Source of the DNA: Candidatus Culexmicrobium cathedralense
Lineage (GTDB): Archaea > Thermoproteota > Methanomethylicia > Culexarchaeales > Culexmicrobiaceae
DNA: 64,000 nucleotides
Assembly (NCBI GenBank): GCA_025061115.1
Contig: JANZKC010000001.1
Coordinates: 576,001 to 640,000 of the forward strand
Direction: 5' to 3'
The translations under genes were made by a program, and so were the position numbers. The notes below the pieces were generated by a model. It was not told the origin of the DNA, made no database searches, and saw only the letters and a program-made list of their open reading frames with translations. Below are positions 1 through 9,471 of this stretch, piece by piece; within the stretch, counting starts at the first letter, position 1, and every line of letters starts with the position of its first letter.

Positions 1-239
1 AGGTCGACGTGCCCCTTCCTTGGATCAACCCTAATAACCTTCAAAACAACCTTGCGGCCCTCCTTGAGGAAGTCCCTGATATTGTGAACCCAGCTGGAGG
101 AAACCTCACCAATAGGCACATACCCCTCGATTTCGCCGTATTCATCTAAAATGACGTATGCACCCCTATCGAAAACCTCTGCAACAGTGGCCATCACCAG
201 CTCTCCAAGCTCGGGCAGCGGCCTCCTCCTTCTAACCAA
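1..239 (-). CDS. eif2a: Translation initiation factor aIF-2 alpha subunit (partial, runs off window start)
   Basis: Manual translation from TTG at 239: LVRRRRPLPELGELVMATVAEVFDRGAYVILDEYGEIEGYVPIGEVSSSWVHNIRD...VIRVDPRKGHVDL (S1 domain). GGAGG RBS upstream; canonical position after L44e-S27e. Confidence 0.95.
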   Translation of the reverse strand, partial: MVRRRRPLPELGELVMATVAEVFDRGAYVILDEYGEIEGYVPIGEVSSSWVHNIRDFLKEGRKVVLKVIRVDPRKGHVD

Positions 240-257
240 CCCATAAACCTCCAATAA

Positions 258-455
258 CTACTCCAAAACCCTAACCAGCTTGCCCTCAATAATAGCCTTA
301 CCGCCAGTCGGCCTAACCAAAACCTTATTGCAAACCAAGCACCTAACCACCGTGGAGGCCCTATCAAAGGTTATCTGCTCATTGCCGCACTCGGGGCAGC
401 TGACCACAATGAACCTGCTTTTAGGCTCCGGAATGAGTATCTTCTTCCTCTTCAT
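258..455 (-). CDS. rps27e: 30S ribosomal protein S27e
   Basis: IPEPKSRFIVVSCPECGNEQITF...CLVC...PTGGKA zinc ribbon; start taken at ATG 455. Confidence 0.97.
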   Translation of the reverse strand: MKRKKILIPEPKSRFIVVSCPECGNEQITFDRASTVVRCLVCNKVLVRPTGGKAIIEGKLVRVLE

Positions 456-471
456 CCTAACGATAGTCAAT

Positions 472-756
472 TCACCTCACCTCCACAATTTCAATCCTCT
501 TCATCCTAATGCCCTTCCTATGCAGAATGTATCCGCAAACCCTGCAGGTTAGCTTCAAAGTCTGCTTCTTAGTTACCTTAGCAAACCTCTTCTGCTCGGA
601 CTTCCTCTTGCTACCATAACCCTTCTTCTTAGCCCTATACCTCCTCTCTCCAGCGGCGAGGGCCCTCCTCTTACCGGCCTTATAAAGCGACACGGTGTGC
701 TCGGTATGCGCCTTACATCTCGGGCAGTAAGTCCTTATGATTCTAGGAACCTTCAT
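472..756 (-). CDS. rpl44e: 50S ribosomal protein L44e
   Basis: [20 protein letters not shown]...[16 protein letters not shown]. Confidence 0.97.
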   Translation of the reverse strand: MKVPRIIRTYCPRCKAHTEHTVSLYKAGKRRALAAGERRYRAKKKGYGSKRKSEQKRFAKVTKKQTLKLTCRVCGYILHRKGIRMKRIEIVEVR

Positions 757-762
757 TCACAT

Positions 763-1284
763 TCACCCCAATATCTCAACTACACCCCTTCTAGCCAGCG
801 CTTCAGCATTTATCACGGGTATATTCGCTACATCCTCAGGCTTAAACGGCCCATACGTCTTCAAATCAGCGCCTACAAAGGCTGGAACCTCTCGAAGAAA
901 ACGAACTAATATTTTTTTCGCGAGCACGCCCTCCTCCAAGCTTGCGAACTTCTCAGTTAAGGATAGAAACTCCTCAATTGCGGATGCAATCTTCTCATAA
1001 GCGCTTAGCTCAACTTCAAGCAGATTCTTGGGAGGCTCGCTTCCACCACTCATGAAGTGCTTCAAAATCTTCCTCAACCTCAAACATACAATCGAGCTTA
1101 TAATTTCACAGGCAAGCTTAGCCTCGGCTTCAGCAAGCTTAGCTTCAACATCCGATCCCCCCTTAACCTTATCCCTCAAGCTCTGCATGTAAGCTTGAAC
1201 ATTAATGTAAAAGTCGGATGGAAGCTGGGAAAGCTCCTCCGACTCAAGCTCCTCATTAAGAACATTAATCAAGTGCTTGTACAT
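763..1284 (-). CDS. DNA replication complex GINS family protein (Gins51-like)
   Basis: ELSQLPSDFY, RLRKI, C-terminal B-domain VRFLREVPAFVGADLKTYGPFKPEDVANIPVINAEAL; directly after priS. Confidence 0.9.
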   Translation of the reverse strand: MYKHLINVLNEELESEELSQLPSDFYINVQAYMQSLRDKVKGGSDVEAKLAEAEAKLACEIISSIVCLRLRKILKHFMSGGSEPPKNLLEVELSAYEKIASAIEEFLSLTEKFASLEEGVLAKKILVRFLREVPAFVGADLKTYGPFKPEDVANIPVINAEALARRGVVEILG

Positions 1285-1329
1285 GATTGAGCCTCACTAT
1301 AATCCAGTAAATCTAAGTCAGTTATATTA

Positions 1330-2568
1330 TTAGCCCTCACCCCGCGGTAGGGTGGCAGCGCCCTTACATAGAAGGTAGATGGCTGCAGGCATTGGAAGCG
1401 TCACAGTAGCATCCTCAAACGGCCCAAAAGCCTCCCCTCCAACCGCAAAGCTCGGAGCACGATCAACGTGAACCTCAACCTCCCCCCTCCTAAAAACAAC
1501 TGCATCAACAAGTGGGTCGAAGCTCTCAAGCTCGCTGAAGCTCAACTTCTTAACCTTAAACCCGGTCTTCCCATGAATAGTTTCAGGCAACCTCATAAGG
1601 CGCTTAATGTCGGTCGTCACCCTCTCATCAATGAAGCTCCCCTGAGCCCTAGCAACGTGGGAGGCAATTCTGGACCAAGTAAGAACCGAAACACCCTTAA
1701 TTGAAGGCCACCTAGGAGGAGTGCTCTCCAAGCTCCTCAAAATCTCATCCCTATGCTCAACGATAACCCTTGCAACCCTGCTCCGCCTAATAACCTTCCG
1801 GACATCCTCAATTGAAGCTCTGCTTATGAAGTCGTAAAGCCCCCTAGCAAGCCTCCCCCGCCATCCTGGATCAGCCAGGTCTGGAGGGCCACCGCTTAGG
1901 GAAGCTCTGGAGAAGCCGTGAAGCTTAGGCATGATCCCCACACCCCTAATGTAGTCGGTTATCTCCCTCCTAGCCTCCTGCGATAGCTCCCTAACAACAT
2001 CACTATGAACGTGCACGTGATACCCCCTATGGCCCGAGAAGTTGAAGGACATCTCGCTTGTAGATAGCCCCAAGTCAGCAACCAAAAAGTCCTCCACGAG
2101 CTTGATCGTCTCGCTCTTAGCCACCTCAAGGCATAACTCGCAAAGCCAAGTTTCAGCTTTCAACCTCTTGGACTTACACTGGGGGCAAGCCTCGGGAGCC
2201 ATTCCAGATGAAGAGTAGCCGCAGTCAAGGCAAGTCCACCTGTCATGCTCCTCCTTGCATGGAGTGGGAATGTGATCCGCATCAATGTCGAAGACGAGGT
2301 CAGCCCCGAGCCAACCCTTACTATCCATATCCTCCGCATTAGGCACCTCATAGTAGGCTGAGGAGAAGTAGGCGTGGAGGGGAGCCTCACGCCTCAAAAA
2401 ATCATTAAGCTCATCACCACTCCTAAAGGACAAGTGCCTAACCATCCCTTCCCTACCAAAAAGAATGAAGCCAAACTCCCTCCTCTCAATGAGCTTTGGA
2501 GGTGGAATCAGGGACCTCGCATAGTATGCGGAAAACATCCTCCTAAGGAATTGATGCTCACCGCTCAA
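1330..2568 (-). CDS. priS: DNA primase small (catalytic) subunit
   Basis: REFGF, YFSSAYY, LVFDIDAD, FSGHRGYH, IDERVTTDIKRLMRLPETIHGKTG. Likely TTG start at 2568, overlapping the priL end. Confidence 0.95.
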   Translation of the reverse strand: MSGEHQFLRRMFSAYYARSLIPPPKLIERREFGFILFGREGMVRHLSFRSGDELNDFLRREAPLHAYFSSAYYEVPNAEDMDSKGWLGADLVFDIDADHIPTPCKEEHDRWTCLDCGYSSSGMAPEACPQCKSKRLKAETWLCELCLEVAKSETIKLVEDFLVADLGLSTSEMSFNFSGHRGYHVHVHSDVVRELSQEARREITDYIRGVGIMPKLHGFSRASLSGGPPDLADPGWRGRLARGLYDFISRASIEDVRKVIRRSRVARVIVEHRDEILRSLESTPPRWPSIKGVSVLTWSRIASHVARAQGSFIDERVTTDIKRLMRLPETIHGKTGFKVKKLSFSELESFDPLVDAVVFRRGEVEVHVDRAPSFAVGGEAFGPFEDATVTLPMPAAIYLLCKGAATLPRGEG

Positions 2569-3619
2569 CTTCGCTCTCACCCTTACTGCTCTTAACCTTA
2601 ATCTTATAGTAGGTAAGCGGGTGCTTAACCCTAGCACATAGAGGATCAACGCCGGATCCAACGCATAAGCCAAACGTCCTCAAGGTGCTGCAGCTTGGAG
2701 GAGTATACTTAATCCTTGAGCCCCTAAGCCCAGCAATGTGCTCAACCTGATACCTAGTGACGTTCTCATTGAAGTCCGCGGTCAAGCTAAATAAATGCAC
2801 GACCTCATCAACGCTCTTCCCCACATTCAGCAGAAATGAAGTTAATGCAAATCTAGCCATGTGGGAAATGGAGCTGCCCTTAAGGAGATCGCTCAAAATC
2901 GACCGCATGCAGGGCGGAAAGGCGCTCTCAACAACAGGCCCAGCGTACTCCTCCTCAATTTTAATGTACTTCCTAAAGCTTTCAAAAAGCTTCCTCAAAT
3001 CCTCAGCAGCCCTAGCAACCTCCTCGGGAACAACTATGCTTGGAGGAGGAGAATCAGCTCTACTTGCAATTCTAGCTCTAACAGCCTCTCCAATTAGCCT
3101 CGCAAGCTCATACTTTTGAACTCTAACCCAACCCCTAGAAACAAGCCTATTAACGAGCTTCCAGCTTGGAGCGTGAAATGAAGGGGCAACGCTCAAGTAA
3201 TCTGCGAAGAAAATCTCGAAGAAGCCGGCCTCAGCACACCGCCTAACCCTCCACCTAAAGTTGCTCTCAGCCAAGTACTGAGCCTTCCAATCCTCATCCA
3301 CCCTAAGCTCCTCATAAACCCTCTTAGCCTCAGCAACAGCATACCTCCTAAAAAGCGGAGGCTCACCTACGATGGTAAGCAAGGCCAAAGCCGCGGGATA
3401 GGAGAGAATTTCAACTTCAACATCAGTTAAGTCGGTTTTAACTCGGCCAAGCTTCACCGCACTTTCAATTCGCTCAACAGCTCTCCTCAAAATAACCCTA
3501 TAACCAGGCTTTGCGAGCTCGCTTAAAGTTAAGCCAATGCCTTCAACGTACTTGACGGCTTCAACGCTGAATGGGTACTTTGCCAAGTCCTCCTTGGTGA
3601 AAGCACCCCTCACGCGCAC
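2558..3619 (-). CDS. priL: DNA primase large subunit
   Basis: LAKYPF, WKLVNRLVSRGWV, Fe-S domain FPPCM...HMARF...TRYQVEHIAG...YTPPSCSTLRTFGLC...HPLTYY. Confidence 0.95.
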   Translation of the reverse strand: MRVRGAFTKEDLAKYPFSVEAVKYVEGIGLTLSELAKPGYRVILRRAVERIESAVKLGRVKTDLTDVEVEILSYPAALALLTIVGEPPLFRRYAVAEAKRVYEELRVDEDWKAQYLAESNFRWRVRRCAEAGFFEIFFADYLSVAPSFHAPSWKLVNRLVSRGWVRVQKYELARLIGEAVRARIASRADSPPPSIVVPEEVARAAEDLRKLFESFRKYIKIEEEYAGPVVESAFPPCMRSILSDLLKGSSISHMARFALTSFLLNVGKSVDEVVHLFSLTADFNENVTRYQVEHIAGLRGSRIKYTPPSCSTLRTFGLCVGSGVDPLCARVKHPLTYYKIKVKSSKGESEVER

Positions 3620-3668
3620 AACCTCTAATTAATAAGGGTAGGCAGATTGAAATAAGTTGCTAGCTCAC

Positions 3669-4415
3669 CTAAGCCTCCATTCTCGGAGCCAAGTAGTAAG
3701 TTATCCTGCCCTCCCCTGGAAGCATGAAGTCAAGCCTCAACGGCATGTCAGTTGAAAACTGCACTGTAACTATTTCAGCTGCAGCAACAGCCTTCATCAT
3801 GTCCGACAAGTAGCTTAAGCTGTAAGTGCTCCTGGAAGGCTCCTTAACTTCCAGCTCCACCAGAGAGCCCATATCCTCGCTAAGCTTAACCTCAACATCA
3901 CCCCTATCCCCAGAGGCAGTTAACATCAATGCTTCCTGATCGGCAGTGAACCTGACGTAATCGCTAACGATGCTTGCATCCTTAATTGCATCCTTCAAAG
4001 CATCAGCAATCACTCTAGCCTTAACATTGAACTCCAAGCTCGGAGAGGGAAGCTCCTCGCCAGCAATGTCTATTAGAGGCATTCGGAAAGTCCTCAAAGC
4101 CTTCCCCATGAAGCGCAAAGTCAACCTAGACCTGTCAGCGACCTCCATCTCCAATCGCTCCCTAGCCGAAGCCCTCTTAAGCAGCTTATTGAACTCGTCG
4201 AAGTTCACTCCAATCACCATCTCCTCATCACACCTGTACTCGTCGAAAGCAAGTTGAGGCAGATCCAGCTCAATCATAACGACGTGGGATGGATCCATGG
4301 CTCTCAGCCTAAGCCCATCCGGCGAAGCCACGAAGTTTGCTTCATCTATAAGCTCAGCAATTGCAGATACGATGCTGCGCCAGATCTTCGCACTCGTAAA
4401 AACAGCCCTAAACAC
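3669..4415 (-). CDS. pcn: DNA polymerase sliding clamp PCNA
   Basis: LRAMDPSHVVMI, YSLSYLSDM, MPLRLDF, YYLAPR; GTG start at 4415 after GGAGGTG. Confidence 0.96.
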   Translation of the reverse strand: MFRAVFTSAKIWRSIVSAIAELIDEANFVASPDGLRLRAMDPSHVVMIELDLPQLAFDEYRCDEEMVIGVNFDEFNKLLKRASARERLEMEVADRSRLTLRFMGKALRTFRMPLIDIAGEELPSPSLEFNVKARVIADALKDAIKDASIVSDYVRFTADQEALMLTASGDRGDVEVKLSEDMGSLVELEVKEPSRSTYSLSYLSDMMKAVAAAEIVTVQFSTDMPLRLDFMLPGEGRITYYLAPRMEA

Positions 4416-4457
4416 TATTAACACCTCCAAAATACTATTAGCGACACGTTTAATATT

Positions 4458-4664
4458 TTATTTACTTTGACGCTTCTTCACGTCCTCGCAAATCTCCCTT
4501 GAAATTTTTAGAGCACTTTCAATCATCCTCCTAAGCCTAGAAGCGTAAGTCTTAGCGTTCAAGTAGTAGGGGATCCTCGCCTCAACCTCGGCAACGGCCT
4601 TCAGCGCTTTACTTAGAAGAAGCTCCAAAGCCTCAGCCTTATCCTCGAGACTGCACTCCGACAC
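4458..4664 (-). CDS. Small helical hypothetical protein
   Basis: 68-aa ORF abutting the TFS stop and filling the gap before pcn. Confidence 0.6.
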   Translation of the reverse strand: MSECSLEDKAEALELLLSKALKAVAEVEARIPYYLNAKTYASRLRRMIESALKISREICEDVKKRQSK

Positions 4665-5002
4665 TAATCATATTCCCTCCAAGTATAGCCGCACCTAGTG
4701 CACCTGAAGAACCTGGTTGGACTTTCATCAGCCCTCCTAGTTTGAACCATCCACCAATAAGCCTCATTATGCCCGCACCTCGGGCATTCAACCCTAGTGG
4801 TGGGAAGCACCTTTGGAAGCTTGCTCTCATCAACCACTATAATTCCCCTATCCGGAGCGTGCTTGATCTCCTTAACAATCTTGTAGGTCGAGTCCTTCTC
4901 AACTGGCTCGGAGTAATTGCACCTCGAGCAGTAAAGCTCAACCACCCCATCACTTGAGCGCTTAGGCCTAAGCAAGCCGCCGCACTTCGGACAGAACTTC
5001 AT
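4664..5002 (-). CDS. tfs: Transcription factor S
   Basis: Two zinc ribbons (MKFCPKCG, CPRCGH) and the QTRRADESPTRFFRC acidic hairpin. Confidence 0.96.
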   Translation of the reverse strand: MKFCPKCGGLLRPKRSSDGVVELYCSRCNYSEPVEKDSTYKIVKEIKHAPDRGIIVVDESKLPKVLPTTRVECPRCGHNEAYWWMVQTRRADESPTRFFRCTRCGYTWREYD

Positions 5003-5026
5003 TTGAATTCGCCTCTGAAAAGCCAG

Positions 5027-5482
5027 CTAATTACAGCGCAAAGTCTCTAATAGGCTTAACGCTAAAAGTCTTGCAACCCTAATCGGCTCAGGAAAATCGC
5101 CAACAACAACTACGCTCAACAGATCTTCAGCAGCATCAAAGCTTAAACCCTCAAACTTCAAGTACAAGTCATACTTGCTTGAGCGCTTCGCTCCAGCGCG
5201 CCAGGCTGAGTCAACTGCAATTACAGGGCGCTTCAGCTCATCATAGAGGCGCTTAACGTCAATTGCAATGTCCCCCCACTCAAAGCCATCGAATAAAACG
5301 TAATTTACTTGAGGGTAGTGGGGGGAGCACTTCAAAAGCTCAACGGCCTCCTCAATAGGATGCTCCAAGCACGCCTTGGATAGAACGCCGTCAAGCCAAA
5401 GCCCACCCCTAAAAATTGTGCATACAACTAAGTTTTCGATGAAGGTCAGCCCAGCAACCCTCGTTTCAAGCTTAACTCTCAC
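5027..5482 (-). CDS. DUF99 / endonuclease V-like family protein (divergent)
   Basis: FRGGLWLDGV, VLFDG, IDVKRLYDELKRPVIAV, PEPIRVARLLA. Confidence 0.7.
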   Translation of the reverse strand: MRVKLETRVAGLTFIENLVVCTIFRGGLWLDGVLSKACLEHPIEEAVELLKCSPHYPQVNYVLFDGFEWGDIAIDVKRLYDELKRPVIAVDSAWRAGAKRSSKYDLYLKFEGLSFDAAEDLLSVVVVGDFPEPIRVARLLALSLLETLRCN

Positions 5483-5880
5483 TTAAATCTCTCCCAGATA
5501 AGCTTCAGCAACTCAGCGAAGGCATTGATTGAGGCTTCGAACTCACCTTCATCAAGCATGCACTTCAACTTGGATGCAAGCAGCTCTATGGCCTCATCAA
5601 TTCCAACGATCTTGGAAATCCAAGCGTAGGCAACCAGGGCTTCAGCGGCATCTCCCCTGGCCTGAACGTCAACTCTCCTGGGAAGCTCAGCTCTAAGGCC
5701 AGCCCTCCTCAAGGCCTCAGCCAAAATTCTATTTGAAACCCTTTCACCGCAAAACTTGCCTAAAACCCTAGATTTAGCGGCGGAATATAGGAAGTTTACT
5801 AGGCTATCGCCGAGCTCAGCCAATCCCTTATCCATTAAAACGCCGCTTAAGCTCGAATATCTCCCCATCAAGTCACCCAT
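5479..5880 (-). CDS. Archaeal ribonuclease III-like family protein
   Basis: DKGLAELGDSLVNFLYS, RVSNRILAEAL, GDAAEALVAYAW. Confidence 0.8.
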   Translation of the reverse strand: MGDLMGRYSSLSGVLMDKGLAELGDSLVNFLYSAAKSRVLGKFCGERVSNRILAEALRRAGLRAELPRRVDVQARGDAAEALVAYAWISKIVGIDEAIELLASKLKCMLDEGEFEASINAFAELLKLIWERFK

Positions 5881-6169
5881 TAGACTTAAGCGCGCTTAAG
5901 AAAAGCTCCTTAAACTTCAACGCATTATCCCTAACCCGCTCAGCCGCTTCAATAACCGCTTGGATCGGAGCCTTAGAGCCATCGGTTTGAACGTAAATTC
6001 TCGGCTTCCCAACCAAGGGGTGATCAATGTGGTAAGCGGCGAACACCACGTGCTTATCGTTAAAAAGCTCTTTGCATAGGGCATTGCAAAGCGTGTGATC
6101 CTCACCTTCAAGCTCCAACTCGAGGGAACTTTCGTCCACCTTAACAATCCTCACCTTACTCAAACTCAC
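5873..6169 (-). CDS. rpoL: DNA-directed RNA polymerase subunit L (Rpo11)
   Basis: EGEDHTLCNAL, FAAYHIDHPL. Confidence 0.96.
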   Translation of the reverse strand: MSLSKVRIVKVDESSLELELEGEDHTLCNALCKELFNDKHVVFAAYHIDHPLVGKPRIYVQTDGSKAPIQAVIEAAERVRDNALKFKELFLSALKSNG

Positions 6170-6206
6170 ACCTCAGCGCCTAGAGTCCACTTACATCAAA
6201 ATAAAG

Positions 6207-6845
6207 TTAGCGGAAAAGCTCCTCAACCTCCTTTAAAGAGGACAAAAGCTCGGTAAGCGCCTCCCTCCAAGCCTTGCGGAGCACGAGCCTTCCACTCTCA
6301 TTCCTACCCAAAAGCTTAAGCTCCTCAGCAGCACCAACCACGGTCCACAAATCCAGCCCGGAAACGCTTGAAGCCAATGCGAGGAGCTTCTTGACGCTGG
6401 ATGACTTGGTTTCATACTGAAGATTCGAGTATGCAGATCCAATTAGCCTAGCAACTTCAAATACGGTGTCTTCATCAGCGTCGGTTTCAACTCCACCATC
6501 AACAACTCTGCACTTAAAACCCCTAAGCTGAAGAGCTTCGGCCAGAAGCTCCAGCGAAATGGCTGTGCCAGCCTCCCTAGATAGAGCTCTAACTTCAAAT
6601 AGGTTGATTCCAACAAGCTTCAACTTGGATTTCCTCTTGACAATTGAAGTAAGCTCCCTAATTAGGCTTGCAGCCCTCCTAACATCATCATGGGAGCCGC
6701 GCACGGCCACCTTAACCACTCCAGGCTTAGAAGAAATGCTTAAGTCCACGAAGGTCAAGCGGCTGCAAATGGCGTCCAAAATCGCCAGAAGCTCCTTCTC
6801 ACTTGAAACGCTGATCTTAAATACCCTCTCAACGCCCCGCCTCAA
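6207..6845 (-). CDS. Conserved archaeal protein (DUF2067-like)
   Basis: Position between csl4 and rpoL and size match the DUF2067 family as I recall it; no strong motif. Confidence 0.6.
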   Translation of the reverse strand: MRRGVERVFKISVSSEKELLAILDAICSRLTFVDLSISSKPGVVKVAVRGSHDDVRRAASLIRELTSIVKRKSKLKLVGINLFEVRALSREAGTAISLELLAEALQLRGFKCRVVDGGVETDADEDTVFEVARLIGSAYSNLQYETKSSSVKKLLALASSVSGLDLWTVVGAAEELKLLGRNESGRLVLRKAWREALTELLSSLKEVEELFR

Positions 6846-7422
6846 GGATTAATCCCCCATAGTCAGCTGCAATCTTCCTGGACTCATAGGCCCTGCAATT
6901 CTGGCAGAATAGCCGGTCCCTCCGCCTAATAAGCGGCGACAAGCACCTCGTGCACTTCGCAAGCAGCACTCCAAGCTTAGAGCCCCTCATGGAAAGCTGG
7001 TAGGGAGTCCAGGAGTTGAGCACCTTAACTCTAACCCAATCCCCCAGGCGAACAGCATCAAACATGCTCCTAAACTTCTTCCTAATTGAAAGCTGGGAAA
7101 TGTGCAGGAAGCCAGTTAAGTAGGAAGATAGCTTCCCCTTACCCTCAAGATGATACATTCTAACAATCGCAATTTCATCCTTAACGTCATAGACAACTCC
7201 TAAAGCGACATCGCCCTCCCTAGGCAGCGGGAGGAAACACCCCTTATACGGCGCAACCGAAATAACCCTCTCCGCCAAGTCAAAGCGGACCATGCCAGCC
7301 CTAGCAGAATAAATGTTCCCATTCTCCTCGTAGGTGCCATCGCCTGGAATGAACTCCTCAATAACTGCCAGAAACTCCCCTGGAAGCACGAACTTGCCCT
7401 GAAATCGCTGCATAATCACCAC
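6829..7422 (-). CDS. csl4: Exosome complex RNA-binding protein Csl4
   Basis: FVLPGEFLAVIEEFIPGDGTYE, S1 domain, LGVLLAKCTRC...CQNC...RKIA. Confidence 0.94.
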   Translation of the reverse strand: MVIMQRFQGKFVLPGEFLAVIEEFIPGDGTYEENGNIYSARAGMVRFDLAERVISVAPYKGCFLPLPREGDVALGVVYDVKDEIAIVRMYHLEGKGKLSSYLTGFLHISQLSIRKKFRSMFDAVRLGDWVRVKVLNSWTPYQLSMRGSKLGVLLAKCTRCLSPLIRRRDRLFCQNCRAYESRKIAADYGGLILEAGR

Positions 7423-7465
7423 CCCTTACGAGCACATTTAAAATCCACTCGCTCGCTGCGCACAG

Positions 7466-8104
7466 CTAGCTCTCAGCCAATATTCTGTAAAGATCCACTT
7501 TAACCTTATGCCTCCTCTCAAAGTGGAAGTCGAACATGCGAGGTATCTCCAAGTAAAGTGGAATTATGTCAGTTACAACTCCGCCGAGCTCACCCACAAA
7601 CTTTAAGATGAAGCGCCTATTAAGCTCCCCAGCCTTGTGGAGGGAGTAGACCACCGAAGCCGAGGAAAGGGCGGCCTTCAGAAAAGCCCTATCAGCACCC
7701 CTCCTCTGAACCCCAAAAGGCGGATTCTGAACTACCGTATCCCCCCTAATCGAGAGGCTCTCAACGGAGGCGCGAATAAAGTCCACGCATCCACGGACAC
7801 CAACCTCCTCAGCATTAGCCAAGGCTACCCTCAAAGCCGTTGAATCGACATCAACGCCAACCACGAAGTCAGCTCCCAAAAGAGCAGCCCCAATGCCAAG
7901 CCTCCCACTTCCACAGCCGAAATCCAACACAGCCTTCCCCTCAATATCATCGTAAGTCCTCCCAGCAAACCAGAGAACCCTAGCTGCAGCTCCAGCTGAA
8001 ATAGTGTACTGCTCAAGCGAAGGAGTTGGGGAGGGGTGGGGCTTAACCCCCTCAAGAATAATTTCCAAGTGCCTAAGCTTCCTTATCCTCCCCATCAAGT
8101 CCAC
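7466..8104 (-). CDS. METTL5-family SAM-dependent RNA methyltransferase
   Basis: LEQYT, VLDFGCGSGRLGIG, NPPFG, YSLHK, FDFH. Confidence 0.9.
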   Translation of the reverse strand: MDLMGRIRKLRHLEIILEGVKPHPSPTPSLEQYTISAGAAARVLWFAGRTYDDIEGKAVLDFGCGSGRLGIGAALLGADFVVGVDVDSTALRVALANAEEVGVRGCVDFIRASVESLSIRGDTVVQNPPFGVQRRGADRAFLKAALSSASVVYSLHKAGELNRRFILKFVGELGGVVTDIIPLYLEIPRMFDFHFERRHKVKVDLYRILAES

Positions 8105-9125
8105 CCATTATAGTTGGAATCGGAAGTCCACTAACACCTTCAAATCCACCCAAAGCCAACTTCAACTCTCCAACGGTAATCAAGGGCTTCCTAAACCTAT
8201 CAGCATCATCAATTGCAATTCTAGGGCAGGCAGCAGCAACAAAGGCATCAACTTCATCAAAGGGGTATAGGGCTTCCGGCGAAATCTCCCTAGCAGCTAT
8301 CAAGTAGCATTTCCTACCATAACTCAAAATTAGCTTCTTAGCTTCAAGAGCAACATCAATCACCGCCTGCCCAGGCTTAACTCCAACGATAACTCCAAAA
8401 ACATCAGCATCCCTCGCCCTAGCGATGCTCGACCACCTCAAACTCAAAATTCTCTTCAAAAGCTTGGAGATATCCCTAGCCTCCCCCCTATATGGATCCG
8501 CCACAACCACAGGCTTGCCAGTTGAAAGAGCAACGCCAAGCGCATGAAAGTCCCCGCCAGCAATAACAAGGAATGCATCCACGCCACTCATAACCGAAAG
8601 AGCAGCGCAAACATCGCAGCCCAAAATTTGACCATCAAAGGGGACTCTACCACACCTACCTCCAATCAAAACCTCAAATCCAGAGGCCTCAAGAAGCCTC
8701 CTAGCTTCATCAAGCTTATGAACATGCTGAACAGTTGAAACCAAACCTATAACCCTATAGGATTTAAGCAGCTTAACAGCACTCTTAACAGCGCCAGCAA
8801 CTGGAAGCTCCGAAAAGGCAGGAATGTAAACTACCGGCACTTCACTAGACTTCAAAAATTGGGTATGGCCAAAGTGGATTATCAAGTCGGCAGAAAGCCT
8901 CCTAGCTTCATCAAACGCCACGTCGCACCCGCCATAGCATGGGTCAGCCAATACTATAACATCAACTCCGCACTTAGACTCAATCTCCCCAGCCAGCTTA
9001 AGAGCATAAACCTTCAATCCATCAGGAAACTGAAGAATAACCCTCCTAGCACGCCTACTCCTAACCTCTCGAACAACCCTATCCAACTCGAAGTTGTACA
9101 CTTTAAACCCCAAACAACCTTTCAC
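8073..9125 (-). CDS. dph2: Diphthamide biosynthesis enzyme Dph2
   Basis: LQFPDGLK, PCYGGCDV, HFGH, GQILGCD, ACPRIAIDD. Confidence 0.95.
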   Translation of the reverse strand: MKGCLGFKVYNFELDRVVREVRSRRARRVILQFPDGLKVYALKLAGEIESKCGVDVIVLADPCYGGCDVAFDEARRLSADLIIHFGHTQFLKSSEVPVVYIPAFSELPVAGAVKSAVKLLKSYRVIGLVSTVQHVHKLDEARRLLEASGFEVLIGGRCGRVPFDGQILGCDVCAALSVMSGVDAFLVIAGGDFHALGVALSTGKPVVVADPYRGEARDISKLLKRILSLRWSSIARARDADVFGVIVGVKPGQAVIDVALEAKKLILSYGRKCYLIAAREISPEALYPFDEVDAFVAAACPRIAIDDADRFRKPLITVGELKLALGGFEGVSGLPIPTIMGGLDGEDKEA

Positions 9126-9204
9126 CTACACTCCTATTAGGCAATTACTACGCCACTAAATGCAGGCAACAATGAAAAGCGAAATGAGCAGGTAAACCTG
9201 CTGC

Positions 9205-9230
9205 GAAAATAGCAAAAATAAAGAAGAGGG
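9205..9230 (-). terminator. Probable oligo-U terminator of the RHH gene
   Basis: Minus strand CTCTTCTTTATTTTTGCTATTTTCG immediately after the stop at 9234. Confidence 0.4.
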
Positions 9231-9233
9231 ATG

Positions 9234-9401
9234 TTACCCGTACACTTTAAGTGCGGAGCGAGCACTTACAAACTCCTTACGAATCAGATCCCTTATTGCT
9301 ACCCTGATCACCTCCGCCCTAGAGGTGTATCTGCCACTCTTGACGAGCAGATCAATTTCATTAAGGATAGCTTCAGGAACCCTAGCAACAATTACTTTCA
9401 C
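9234..9401 (-). CDS. Ribbon-helix-helix (CopG / CdrS / aCcr1-like) transcription factor, 55 aa, below the ORF-track cutoff
   Basis: MKVIVARVPEAILNEIDLLVKSGRYTSRAEVIRVAIRDLIRKEFVSARSALKVYG; strong RBS GGGGAGGGGTGA before the GTG. Confidence 0.88.
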   Translation of the reverse strand: MKVIVARVPEAILNEIDLLVKSGRYTSRAEVIRVAIRDLIRKEFVSARSALKVYG

Positions 9402-9451
9402 TCACCCCTCCCCCACAAAAATAAATTAAACTCGCTAACACTTAGGTGTGC

Positions 9452-9471
9452 GTATTACTAGTGTATTACTA
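9452..9471. promoter_or_regulatory. Tandem GTATTACTA boxes (11-bp period), putative RHH operator
   Basis: GTATTACTA at 9452-9460 and 9463-9471, 50-70 bp upstream of the RHH start. Confidence 0.55.
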
